Notes: a model not told the origin generated them from the letters alone. A DNA stretch of 32,000 nucleotides from an uncultured Gemmiger sp. (GCF_944388145.1 NZ_CALXHQ010000003.1); one strand, 5' to 3'; positions 1 through 8,800 are shown, counted from the first letter of the stretch. Made by a program: numbers and translations.

Positions 1-570
1 CATGGCGTTCTCCATCAGCTCAGCCTGCGGATAGACCGCGTTGACCAGGCCGATGCGCAGGGCCTCGTCCGCTTTGATGTTCAAAGCGGAGTAGACCATC
101 TGCTTGGCCATGCCCATGCCCACCAGGCGGGCCAGGCGCTGGGTGCCGCCAAAGCCGGGGGTGATGCCCAGGCCGACTTCCGGCTGGCCGAACACCGCGT
201 TGTCGGAGCAGAGGCGGATGTCGCAGCTCATGGCCAGCTCGTTGCCGCCGCCCAGCGCAAAGCCGTTGACGGCCGCGATGACGGGCAGCGGGAAATGCTC
301 GATCATCAGGAAGATGTCGTTGCCCATCTTGCCGAAGGCTTCGCCCTCGGCCTTGGTCATGGTGGACATCGAGCCGATGTCGGCGCCGGCGACGAAGCTC
401 TTCTCGCCCGCGCCGGTCAGCACGACACAGCGGACGGTATCCTGGTCGATGCCCTCGAAGGCAGCCTTCAGGTCGGCCAGCACTTCGGGGTTCAGCGCGT
501 TGAGCGCCTTGGGGCGGTCGATGGTGACAACCGCCACAGCGCCCTGCACTTCAGTAGTTACAAAAGACAT
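1..570 (-). CDS. crt: Enoyl-CoA hydratase / crotonase (3-hydroxybutyryl-CoA dehydratase), first 190 codons; the 3' end runs off the window
   Basis: Hand translation of the minus strand from ATG 570 gives MSFVTTEVQGAVAVVTIDRPKALNALN...VLTGAGEKSFVAGADI...AAVNGFALGGGNELAMSCDIR, a crotonase-fold signature. GGAGG lies about 10 nt upstream. It is absent from the ORF track because there is no stop inside the window. Confidence 0.85.
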   Translation of the reverse strand, partial: MSFVTTEVQGAVAVVTIDRPKALNALNPEVLADLKAAFEGIDQDTVRCVVLTGAGEKSFVAGADIGSMSTMTKAEGEAFGKMGNDIFLMIEHFPLPVIAAVNGFALGGGNELAMSCDIRLCSDNAVFGQPEVGLGITPGFGGTQRLARLVGMGMAKQMVYSALNIKADEALRIGLVNAVYPQAELMENAM

Positions 571-657
571 TGGATCAATCCTCCAAAATATCAGCCACTT
601 CCCCGTTTGGGGTGAAAGTGAGTGAGGAGTACGGAATTCTTACTTGCTCGCTGCGCG

Positions 658-1845
658 TCAGTCCATCTCGACGATGGTGGCGCAGCCCATGCCGCCGCCG
701 ATGCACAGGGTGGCCAGGCCCTTCTTGGCGCCGCGGTGCTTCATGGCGTACAGCAGGGTGACCAGGATGCGGGCGCCGGAAGCGCCGACGGGGTGGCCCA
801 GAGCAATGGCGCCGCCGTTGACGTTGACCTTGCTCATGTCGAACTCCAGGTCGTGGGCCACAGCCAGGGACTGGGAAGCGAAAGCCTCATTGGCCTCGAT
901 CAGGTCCATGTCAGCCACGGTCAGGCCGGTCTTGGCCATGACCTTGCGGGTAGCGGCCACGGGGCCGACGCCCATGATGGAGGGATCGACGCCGCCCAGA
1001 GCGCCGGCGACCCAGGTAGCCATCGGGGTGATGCCCAGCTCCTTGGCCTTGTCCTCGCTCATGATGACCAGAGCGGCGGCGCCGTCGTTGATGGCGGAGG
1101 CGTTGCCGGCGGTGACCTTGCCGTCCTTCTTGAAGGAGGGCTTCAGCTTGGCCAGCACTTCGGGAGCGCTCAGACGGGGGCCTTCATCGGTGTCGAACAC
1201 GATGTCGCCCTTCTTGTTGTGGATGGTGACGGGGACGATCTCGTCCTTGAATGCGCCGTTCTTGATGGCCTCGGCAGCCTTGACCTGGCTGTTATAAGCG
1301 AACATATCCAGGTCCTCGCGGCTCAGGTTCCACTGGTCGGCCACGTTCTCAGCGGTGATGCCCATGTGGTAGTTGTTGAACACGTCCCACAGAGCGTCGT
1401 TGACCATGGTGTCCACCAGCTCGCTCTTGCCCATGGGGTAGCCCATGCGGTAGCCGTAGCGGCCCTTCATCATGGCAAAGGGGGCCATATCCATGTTCTC
1501 GGTGCCGCCGGCAACCACGATGTCGGCATCGCCGGCCTCGATCATCTGGGCAGCCATGTTGACGCAGTTCAGACCGGAGCCGCAGACCACGTTGACGGTG
1601 ACAGCCGGGCAGGTGACGGGCAGGCCGGCCTTGATGCTGGCCTGGCGGGCGACGTTCTGGCCCAAGCCGGCCTGGATGACGCAGCCCATGTAGACATGGT
1701 CAACCTGCTCCGGGGTGATGCCGGCGCGCTTGATGGCTTCCTTGATGACAACAGCGCCCAGGTCAGCGGCGGGGACAGTGGACAGCGTGCCGCCGAACTT
1801 GCCGATAGCAGTACGGCAGGCACTGGCAATGACGATCTTCTTCAT
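658..1845 (-). CDS. thl: Acetyl-CoA acetyltransferase (thiolase II)
   Basis: 395-aa ORF with thiolase motifs (VNVVCGSGL active-site Cys region, [24 protein letters not shown]). AAGGAGG RBS upstream. Sits upstream of crt, as in butyrate loci. Confidence 0.95.
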   Translation of the reverse strand: MKKIVIASACRTAIGKFGGTLSTVPAADLGAVVIKEAIKRAGITPEQVDHVYMGCVIQAGLGQNVARQASIKAGLPVTCPAVTVNVVCGSGLNCVNMAAQMIEAGDADIVVAGGTENMDMAPFAMMKGRYGYRMGYPMGKSELVDTMVNDALWDVFNNYHMGITAENVADQWNLSREDLDMFAYNSQVKAAEAIKNGAFKDEIVPVTIHNKKGDIVFDTDEGPRLSAPEVLAKLKPSFKKDGKVTAGNASAINDGAAALVIMSEDKAKELGITPMATWVAGALGGVDPSIMGVGPVAATRKVMAKTGLTVADMDLIEANEAFASQSLAVAHDLEFDMSKVNVNGGAIALGHPVGASGARILVTLLYAMKHRGAKKGLATLCIGGGMGCATIVEMD

Positions 1846-1944
1846 GAAAACAGCCTCCTTGATGGTTGATGCCTCTCAGAAAAGCAACTTTACTATTTCA
1901 AGCCGTGGGACGGCGTGAACCAAAAAAAGCAGACGGCAGGACGG

Positions 1945-2433
1945 TCAAATTTCTCCCAGCGCAGCCTTGCGCTGCAAAGCCTCGGCCACGCAGGGCGCCA
2001 CAAACTGGGACACATCCACATGGTAGTGGGCGGCCTCCTTGACCACCGTGCTGGACAGATAGCTCCAGCGGATGGAGGTGGCCAGGAAAATTGTCTCGAT
2101 GCCGGGCATGATGGCATGGTTTGTGTGGGCCAGCTGGATCTCGTCCTCAAAATCGGTAACGGCGCGCAGGCCGCGCACCATGACCTTGGCATTGTTGGCC
2201 CTGGCAAAGCTGACGGTCAGCCCGTCGAAGGATTTTACCTCCACATTGGGCATGTCCCTGCAGCATTCCCGCAGCAGCTGCACCCGTTCCTCCACCGTGA
2301 ACAGCGGATGCTTGGCGCTGTTGATCAGCACGGCAACAATCAGCTTGTCAAACATGCGGGCCGAGCGCTTGATGATGTCCAGATGGCCGTTGGTAACGGG
2401 ATCGAAACTGCCGGGATACATGGCAATGGGCAT
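1945..2433 (-). CDS. coaD: Phosphopantetheine adenylyltransferase
   Basis: 162-aa [24 protein letters not shown]..., with the typical CoaD N-terminus and length. Confidence 0.93.
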   Translation of the reverse strand: MPIAMYPGSFDPVTNGHLDIIKRSARMFDKLIVAVLINSAKHPLFTVEERVQLLRECCRDMPNVEVKSFDGLTVSFARANNAKVMVRGLRAVTDFEDEIQLAHTNHAIMPGIETIFLATSIRWSYLSSTVVKEAAHYHVDVSQFVAPCVAEALQRKAALGEI

Positions 2434-2833
2434 GTCGGGAAAAACCTCACAGTCAGGCGCCCGCAGCTGTTAAAATTGTAACAGCATGGGGCAAAATCTA
2501 AGGCACCGCATCCAGTGCGTGTGAACCGTTTCGGGGCATGCGATCTGATTTGGTGCCAAAGCGGACGCGATACGGCATCCTTACTTATAGTTTTACTATT
2601 TCGTTAAGGTTTTGTCAATGGAAAGTGGCCTTTTTTTCGGTTTTTTGCGGCTCTTACGCCGTTTTTCGGCGTTTTGCCGGTTGGCTTTGCACATTTTCGC
2701 AGGATTTTATCTGTATTGCATCACCTGCCTGTTTCGTGCCGGGGCGCCCCTTGTCCCGCCCCGGCAGTTTGTGCATTTCTTGCCCGGAACCATACATTTA
2801 TTTGGAAAAACTATGGCAACGCACACATAAATA

Positions 2834-2842
2834 TGGTATGAT
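2834..2842 (+). promoter_or_regulatory. Extended -10 element (TGgTATGAT), candidate ddl promoter
   Basis: TGG-TATGAT lies about 65 nt upstream of the ddl start. There is no good -35. Confidence 0.35.
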
Positions 2843-2907
2843 AAAGCTTACATGCCTGCATCCGGTAAAACCACGGCTGCGGGCCAATGGAAAGGAGAAT
2901 CTCCACC

Positions 2908-4020
2908 ATGTCCAACCCCAATTTCCCGCTGTGCGTGGCGCTGTTTTTCGGCGGCGTGTCCAGCGAACATGAGATCAGCTGCATTTCGGCAGCTGCCTGG
3001 GCAGGCGCGCTGAAGGAAGCCCCCTGCCGGGATAAATACACGGTGATCCGTGTGGGCATCACCAAAGATGGCCGCTGGCTGCGCCATGACGGCAGCACCG
3101 CCGCCATGGCGGACGGCAGCTGGCAGAACGACCCCGCCTGCCGCCCCTGCATCCTCAGCCCTGACCGCAGCGTCCACGGCCTGATGGAGCAGCAGCCGGA
3201 CGGCAGCTGGAAAACGGTGCGCATTGATATGGCTGTGCCCATGCTGCACGGCAAAAACGGTGAGGACGGCACCATCCAGGGCCTGTTCGAGATTGCCGGC
3301 ATCCCCTATGTGGGCTGCGGCGTGCTGGGCAGCGCTGTCTGCATGGACAAAGCGGTGGCCAACACCCTGATGGATGCCTCCGGTGTGCCCCACTGCCGTT
3401 GGACCTGGGCCTCTGCCGAGGAAGCCGCCGGCTTTGATCCCCTGGCTGACCGGGTGGAGGCGAAGCTGGCCTACCCTATTTTTGTCAAGCCCGCCAACGC
3501 GGGTTCCAGCGTGGGCATCTCGAAGGCGCATAACCGCAGTGAGCTGCGCACCGCCGTCGGCGTGGCCCTGGCCGAGGACACCAAAGTGCTGTTTGAGGAG
3601 TTCATCGACGGACAGGAGGTGGAGTGCGCCGCCATCGGCAACCCCGAGACCGGCGTGTCCGTCACCCGCCCCGGCGAAATCCTTGCCGGTGCCGAGTTCT
3701 ACACCTATGACGACAAGTACAAAAACGGCGTGTCCCAGGTGGTCATCCCCGCCCGGCTGTCTGACGAAAAGCTGGACGAAGTGCGGGACACCGCAAAGAA
3801 GGCCTATCTGGCGCTGGGCTGCACCGGGCTGGCCCGCTGTGACTTTTTTGTGGAGAAGGGCACCGGCCGGGTGCTGTGCAACGAGCTGAACACCATGCCC
3901 GGCTTTACCGCCATCAGCATGTATCCCAAGCTGATGGAAGCCTGCCGGGGGCTGAGCTTCTCCGCCCTGGCGGATCAGCTGATCGGCCTTGCCCTGAGCA
4001 GGAGAAAGGGTCGTTACTGA
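2908..4020 (+). CDS. ddl: D-alanine--D-alanine ligase
   Basis: The ORF opens at 2887, but AAGGAG at 2892-2897 favours ATG 2908. Motifs GGVSSEHEIS, HGKNGEDGTIQGLFE, KPANAGSSVGISK, NELNTMPGFT. Confidence 0.93.
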   Translation: MSNPNFPLCVALFFGGVSSEHEISCISAAAWAGALKEAPCRDKYTVIRVGITKDGRWLRHDGSTAAMADGSWQNDPACRPCILSPDRSVHGLMEQQPDGSWKTVRIDMAVPMLHGKNGEDGTIQGLFEIAGIPYVGCGVLGSAVCMDKAVANTLMDASGVPHCRWTWASAEEAAGFDPLADRVEAKLAYPIFVKPANAGSSVGISKAHNRSELRTAVGVALAEDTKVLFEEFIDGQEVECAAIGNPETGVSVTRPGEILAGAEFYTYDDKYKNGVSQVVIPARLSDEKLDEVRDTAKKAYLALGCTGLARCDFFVEKGTGRVLCNELNTMPGFTAISMYPKLMEACRGLSFSALADQLIGLALSRRKGRY

Positions 4021-4889
4021 TGGATAATCGTCCCATTGGCGTGTTTGACAGCGGCCTGGGCGGCCTGACAGCGGTGCGCCAGCTGCGCCAGGTGCTGCCC
4101 GGCGAGGACATCGTCTACTTTGGCGACACCGGCCGGGTGCCCTATGGCTCCCGCGGGCGGGAGACCATCATCCAGTACGCCCGGCAGGACATCGCGTTCC
4201 TGCTTTCCCAGGATGTGAAATTCATTGTGGCAGCCTGCGGCACGGTCAGCTCCACCTATCCGCCGTCCGAATCCAGCCATCTGCCGGTGCCCTTCACCGG
4301 CGTGGTTGGGGCCACCGCCCGCTGCGCCGCAGCAGCCACCCGCAACGGGCGCATCGGCGTGATCGGCACCCAGGCCACCGTGCGGTCGGGCAGTTATCAG
4401 GCGGTGCTGCGGCAGCTGGTGCCCGGGGTCCAGCTGTTTGCCAAGGCCTGCCCGCTGTTTGTGCCGCTGGTGGAAAACGGCTACGTGAACGACGGCAACC
4501 CGGTGACCAAGCTGGTGATTGCCGATTATCTGACCGAGCTTCGGGATACCGGGATCGACACGCTGATCCTGGGCTGCACCCATTACCCGCTGCTGGAGCG
4601 GATGATCGGCGAATTTATGGGGCCGGATGTGGCATTGATCGACCCGGGCAAATCCACCGCCAACGCGCTGGAGGACGCCCTGGGGGCGCTGGACCTGAAA
4701 AACAGCCGGGACACCGGCGGCGCGGTCCGCTTTTACGTCAGCGACTCCACCGAGGGCTTTGCCGAACAGGAGGCGCTGTTCCTGGGCAAGTACGGCGGCG
4801 GCCCGGTGGAACAGATTGCCATTGAACAGTACGCCTGGCCGCCGGCCGCCGCCAGCCAGGCCAACAGGCAGGGAAAAACAAATGGATGA
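4020..4889 (+). CDS. murI: Glutamate racemase
   Basis: ATG 4020 overlaps the ddl TGA (TGATG). MDNRPIGVFDSGLGGLT..., with catalytic Cys contexts AACGT and LGCTHYP. Confidence 0.92.
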   Translation: MDNRPIGVFDSGLGGLTAVRQLRQVLPGEDIVYFGDTGRVPYGSRGRETIIQYARQDIAFLLSQDVKFIVAACGTVSSTYPPSESSHLPVPFTGVVGATARCAAAATRNGRIGVIGTQATVRSGSYQAVLRQLVPGVQLFAKACPLFVPLVENGYVNDGNPVTKLVIADYLTELRDTGIDTLILGCTHYPLLERMIGEFMGPDVALIDPGKSTANALEDALGALDLKNSRDTGGAVRFYVSDSTEGFAEQEALFLGKYGGGPVEQIAIEQYAWPPAAASQANRQGKTNG

Positions 4890-5325
4890 AAAGTATCTGA
4901 TCACAATCAAGGGCACCATGGAACAGGGCGGCCACAGCGAAACTGTGGAGCTGATGACCCACGGCGCCTTCCTCAAACGGGACGGCAACTTCTTTATTAT
5001 GTACAAGGAGACCGAAGCCACTGGTTATGCCGGTTGCACCACCACCGTCAAGGTGGGTGAGGACGGCCGCCGGGTGGCCATGCTGCGCTATGGCAAGGCA
5101 CCCAGCCAGCTGATCATTGAAAAGGGCACCCGCCATCTTTGCCACTACGAAACCGGTTACGGCGCCATCTCGCTGGGGGTGGCTGCCGATGTGATCGAGC
5201 CGGAACTGGACGAAAGCGGTGGCCGGGTGAAGTTCAGCTACACGCTGGATTCCGGCAGTGAGGATTTTATCAGCCGCAACCTGGTGGACATCACCGTGAC
5301 CCCGCTGCCAGAGCCGGCACAGTAA
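4882..5325 (+). CDS. DUF1934 / YwiB-like beta-barrel protein
   Basis: ATG 4882 overlaps the murI end by 8 nt. The small protein MDEKYLITIKGTMEQGG... sits directly upstream of argS, as ywiB-argS does in Bacillus. Confidence 0.7.
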   Translation: MDEKYLITIKGTMEQGGHSETVELMTHGAFLKRDGNFFIMYKETEATGYAGCTTTVKVGEDGRRVAMLRYGKAPSQLIIEKGTRHLCHYETGYGAISLGVAADVIEPELDESGGRVKFSYTLDSGSEDFISRNLVDITVTPLPEPAQ

Positions 5326-5409
5326 TTTTCCGCCGGGCCGCAGCCTGGCCCGGCCATAAGGTTTGAACAATCCTGACGATGTAAAAACGTAAAAAGGAGA
5401 GCGTTTTCC

Positions 5410-7170
5410 ATGACCGATTACCGCAACTATAATCCACGTCAGTCTGCGCTGGACGCGGCCCGTTCCCTGCTGACCACCGCCGCCAACGCCGCGATGGACT
5501 CCGGCGCGCTGCCCAAGACCGAGCTGCCCGCCTTCAATGTGGAGATCCCCGCCGACCCCAAAAACGGCGATGTGGCCGCCAACCTGGCCATGGCAGGCGC
5601 CCGCACCTTCCACAAGGCTCCCCGCCAGATTGCCGAAGCTGTGGTGGGGGCCCTGGACCTGACCGGCAGTCCCTTTGCCCGGGTGGAAATCGCAGGGCCC
5701 GGGTTCATCAACCTGTACCTGGGCAGCGAGTGGTTCACCTCGGTGCTGCGGGCCGCCTGCGCCGGGCAGGACTACGGCCGCACCAACGCCGGCCAGGGCA
5801 AGCGCTACAACGTGGAATTTGTTTCCGCCAATCCCACCGGCCCCATGCACATGGGCAACGCCCGCGGCGGCGCCCTGGGTGACTGCCTGGCCGCCTGCCT
5901 GGACTGGGCGGGCTACGATGTGACCCGCGAGTTCTACATCAACGACGCCGGCAACCAGATCCAGAAATTTGGCAAGAGCCTGGCCATCCGTTACCTGCAG
6001 CTGTACAAGGGCGAGGAGGCCTGCCCCCTGCCCGCCGAGTGCTACCAGGGCGCCGACATTATTGAGCGCGCTAAGGAGTTTGCCGCCGTCCACGGCGACA
6101 GCTATGTGGGTGCCGACTTTGAGGAGCTGAAATCCGCCATCATTGCCGATGCCTTGCCCAAGAATATCGCCGGCCTCAAGCGCGACCTGGGCAAGTACCG
6201 CATCGAGTACGATGTCTGGTTCCCCGAGAGCACCCTGCACGAGAGCGGCGCAGTGGAGCAGATTGTCCAGCTGCTGCTGGACAAGGGCGCCTGCTACAAA
6301 GCCGAGGACGGCGCCATCATGTATAAGAGCGCCCAGTACAGCTCCAAGTACGGCGTTGCCAACAAGAAAAAGTCCGATGACGGCACCGAAGAGGAGGCCA
6401 AGGACGAGGTTCTCGTCCGCGCCAACGGCGTGCCCACCTACTTTGCCGCCGATATTGCCTACCACTACAACAAGCTGGCCGTCCGCGGGTTCGAGAAGGC
6501 CATCGACGTGTGGGGCGCCGACCACCACGGCCATGTGGCCCGCATGAAGGGTGCCATGGACGCCATCGGCCTGGACGGCAGCCGCCTGGACGTGGTGCTG
6601 ATGCAGATGGTCAACCTGATCCGCGACGGCAAGCCTGTCCGCATGAGCAAGCGCACCGGCAAGGCCATCACCCTGACCGACCTGCTGGACGATGTGCCCA
6701 TTGATTCCGCCCGCTTCTTCTTCAATATGCGGGAATCCAGCTCCACGCTGGACTTTGACCTGGACCTGGCCGTCAAAAACGACAGCGAAAACCCGGTCTA
6801 CTACGTGCAGTACGCCCATGCCCGCATCTGCTCTATCCTGAAAAAGCTGGAGAGCGAGGGCGTGACCTTCCGCGGGCTGGAGGCTGCCGACGCCGCCGTG
6901 CTGACCGACCCCGCCGAGCTGGCCCTGCTGCGGCTGCTGGCCTCCTACCCGGCCGAGATTGCCGCGGCTGCCGAGAAGTACGACCCCGCCCGCATCACCC
7001 GCTTTGTCATCGACCTGGCCAGCGCCTTCCACCGCTTCTACGGCGCCTGCCGCATCCTGGGTGCCGGGGACAGCGTCCAGCAGGCCCGCATTGCCCTCTG
7101 CCTGGGCGTGCGGGATGTGATCCGCAACGCGCTGACCATGTTCAAAGTCAGTGTTCCCGAAAGCATGTAA
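5410..7170 (+). CDS. argS: Arginine--tRNA ligase
   Basis: 586-aa ORF with a class I HIGH-type motif (ANPTGPMHMGNARG), an MSKR(T)G KMSKS-like motif and the DALR C-terminal region. AAGGAG RBS. Confidence 0.96.
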   Translation: MTDYRNYNPRQSALDAARSLLTTAANAAMDSGALPKTELPAFNVEIPADPKNGDVAANLAMAGARTFHKAPRQIAEAVVGALDLTGSPFARVEIAGPGFINLYLGSEWFTSVLRAACAGQDYGRTNAGQGKRYNVEFVSANPTGPMHMGNARGGALGDCLAACLDWAGYDVTREFYINDAGNQIQKFGKSLAIRYLQLYKGEEACPLPAECYQGADIIERAKEFAAVHGDSYVGADFEELKSAIIADALPKNIAGLKRDLGKYRIEYDVWFPESTLHESGAVEQIVQLLLDKGACYKAEDGAIMYKSAQYSSKYGVANKKKSDDGTEEEAKDEVLVRANGVPTYFAADIAYHYNKLAVRGFEKAIDVWGADHHGHVARMKGAMDAIGLDGSRLDVVLMQMVNLIRDGKPVRMSKRTGKAITLTDLLDDVPIDSARFFFNMRESSSTLDFDLDLAVKNDSENPVYYVQYAHARICSILKKLESEGVTFRGLEAADAAVLTDPAELALLRLLASYPAEIAAAAEKYDPARITRFVIDLASAFHRFYGACRILGAGDSVQQARIALCLGVRDVIRNALTMFKVSVPESM

Positions 7171-7210
7171 CCTTCCCTGCCGGCGCCGCAAAGCCGTCTG
7201 ACAAATAAAA

Positions 7211-7246
7211 CCGCCTGCCGGATTTGCTGCCGGCAGGCGGTTTCTG
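7211..7246. terminator. Intrinsic terminator after argS (bidirectional architecture)
   Basis: Perfect 11-bp stem CCGCCTGCCGG (7211-7221) / CCGGCAGGCGG (7230-7240) followed by TTTCTGTTT. An A-run precedes it, so it could also terminate minus-strand transcripts. Confidence 0.85.
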
Positions 7247-7384
7247 TTTGCGGATACACCGCAACAAATATAGTATAGCACAGTTAGATATGGATTATCA
7301 ACCCCTAAATATGCACAAATAAACCACCGCAAGGTTGTCGGCTTTGCGAATAGACATCTGCCCTGGGGGATGGTATAGTATAGT
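7247..7384 (+). promoter_or_regulatory. Two promoter-like boxes sharing the sequence TATAGTATAG(T)CACAG
   Basis: Box 1 is TATAGT at 7269-7274, preceded by TTTGCG 16 nt upstream. Box 2 is an extended -10, TGgTATAGT, at 7371-7379. The 10-mer TATAGTATAG occurs at 7269-7278 and 7374-7383, each time followed by CACAG. Confidence 0.4.
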
Positions 7385-8800
7385 CACAGAAAGAAAACAG
7401 CCGGAGATAAGGAGTACAGAAACTCCAAGAGCCCGCTTCCCAAAAGGTTCGGCAAAAGAGTTTTGAACATCTTTTCTAAAGGCTTAAGGTCAAGTTCCTG
7501 ACAAGGTTTCTTTCAAAGGAAGTACAAAAACTTCCAAAATCAAATCTTCTGGTCGGTTCCAGAAAACGGGTTTCACACAAGGAAAACGGAATTCCTGAGA
7601 AAGATCTTCTTCGAGAAGGGAAACAAGAACTTTCTGATAAGTCCCTTAAAAAAGGATGAACGGAAAGGAATTGAAGCCGCTTGATAAAGGTCGAAGATCA
7701 GAAAAGTAAGGTTTCAAATGTGGAAGGTCCGGATTGAAATGGAAAAGCAGATGAATTTGGGAAGGGTTCAGCGAAAGCTGGGTGTACTGAAGCAAAGAGA
7801 CGGCAGTGAAACACCTTAAAAGATCCAGAAAAGAAAGACAAAACGCCGAGGGTTTTTGGCAAGCAGTAGAAAAAGAGGCGTGCCGGCAGGATTCGTAAGA
7901 AAGGAGGCTCAGGCCAATGGCAAACTTTAAAGATCCCATTTCTCACCGGCAGGCCTGGGCTTGCTGAGACGAACTGGACCACATCAAGAGCCGCAGGTCA
8001 TAACCTGTAAAGAAGCTACCAATTACTGATGAGTCGGTTCAGAAAATCGATCAAGATGCAATCCCAGGGCCTGTCAAAATCGACAGCTTGATATAGATTA
8101 GATGGAGACGAATGAGTAGGGAAAACTGAAAATCCGCCAGACCCCAACCAATAAAGTTACGCTCAAGAAAGCGTTTCAATCGGCAATATGGGTTTCATCT
8201 AACCAAATAAGGAGTTACTCCAATGTACTAGAGTAAGAGGAATTTTCCTCAGCATCGACCCGTAAAAGTTACCGCATTTTGCAAGATTTCTTCCCGGTTC
8301 CACAGATGCAAGGGATGTGAAGTATCAACCGTTGGCCCCCTGGTTTCAGGCCGGAACAACTCCCAGGTAATCCGAGATAGTTTCAAAGACACCGCAGGGT
8401 AAAACGTTTCAAGGAAAAGGTCAAATACAAACGGTATCTTCTCCCTCAGGCAAATAACGAACGACAGGGCGCTGTTTTAGATGATCCACAGGATACGTTC
8501 CGATTGAAAAGAATGGCCCAAGTAACCATAAGTTTCATGCTCGTTTTCCAGGTACTTTCCAATCGCTCCCCATAAAGGGAATGGAATGGTTTGGTTCCGA
8601 AAGCAACAGGAATGGTCTTTAGGTAAACATCGAAATTTCAGCATTTTCAAAATGACAGGTAATGATCCACAATGTAACCGGAAGAGGTGGCTCATGAAAA
8701 TGAGTACCAGGTCCGAAAAATAGTGAATCACAGGTATGAGGCTATGACTCCGATCATGTAAGACCGGCGGGGTACACAGAAATGTGTGCCCCGCCTTTTT
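7280..8800 (+). ncRNA. Candidate very large noncoding RNA of unknown class. The 5' end is uncertain, about 7281 or about 7386. The 3' end is at the terminator.
   Basis: No plus-strand ORF of 60 aa or more between 7171 and 8785. GC is about 37-45% by hand count of several 60-nt lines, against 60-68% in the flanks. The 5' half is purine/A-rich. Promoter-like boxes lie upstream and a strong plus-strand terminator lies at 8766-8800. Eight copies of GTTTCA are on the plus strand. GNRA-capped hairpins (CAGC-GAAA-GCTG 7769-7780, CTCAT-GAAA-ATGAG 8691-8704). Confidence 0.45.
8766..8800 (+). terminator. Intrinsic terminator closing the ORF-free island
   Basis: 13-bp stem GGCGGGGTACACA / TGTGTGCCCCGCC (one G-U pair) with a GAAA loop, followed by TTTTT (8796-8800). 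Confidence 0.85.

Noticed and set aside
622-1869. 415-aa plus-strand ORF overlapping the thiolase gene
   Set aside because: It is antisense to a clear thiolase. The translation is Gly/Ala/Asp/His/Val-rich and repetitive.
2538-2972. 144-aa and 72-aa plus-strand ORFs in the coaD-ddl spacer
   Set aside because: The translations are T-rich, Phe/Cys/Leu-rich strings running into ddl in another frame. There is no RBS, so these are intergenic artefacts.
4738-7332. 864-aa minus-strand ORF antisense to DUF1934/argS
   Set aside because: Its composition (Gly/Ala/Val/His/Gln-rich, no motifs) is typical of antisense frames in high-GC DNA. The opposite strand encodes an unmistakable ArgRS.
7646-7982. Two overlapping minus-strand ORFs (97 and 94 aa) inside the ORF-free island
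   Set aside because: They read the pyrimidine-rich strand and give Phe/Leu/Ser/Pro-rich strings. The two overlap each other in different frames, and I saw no convincing RBS. They are probably a by-product of strand composition, though this is not formally excluded.
8481-8671. Two copies of ATGATCCACA resembling DnaA boxes (TTATCCACA) in an AT-rich region, suggesting a possible replication origin
   Set aside because: There are only two one-mismatch boxes plus one weaker TTCCACA (8297). There is no dnaA/dnaN context and no clustered box array, so this is probably chance or part of the RNA.
7411-8704. Numerous perfect 5-6-bp hairpins (7411, 7518, 7547, 7769, 8071, 8159, 8237, 8691) as proof of RNA structure
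   Set aside because: My rough expectation is that about 5 such stems would occur by chance in 1.4 kb. They are suggestive but not statistical evidence. I use them only as supporting detail.
7441-8760. The island as a decayed or stop-codon-recoded protein gene
   Set aside because: I translated the most open plus frame by hand. It is interrupted by TAA, TAG and TGA every ~5-60 codons, so no single reassignment rescues it. The peptide is Lys/Glu-rich low complexity with no recognisable family. Only blastx/tblastx can fully exclude a pseudogene.
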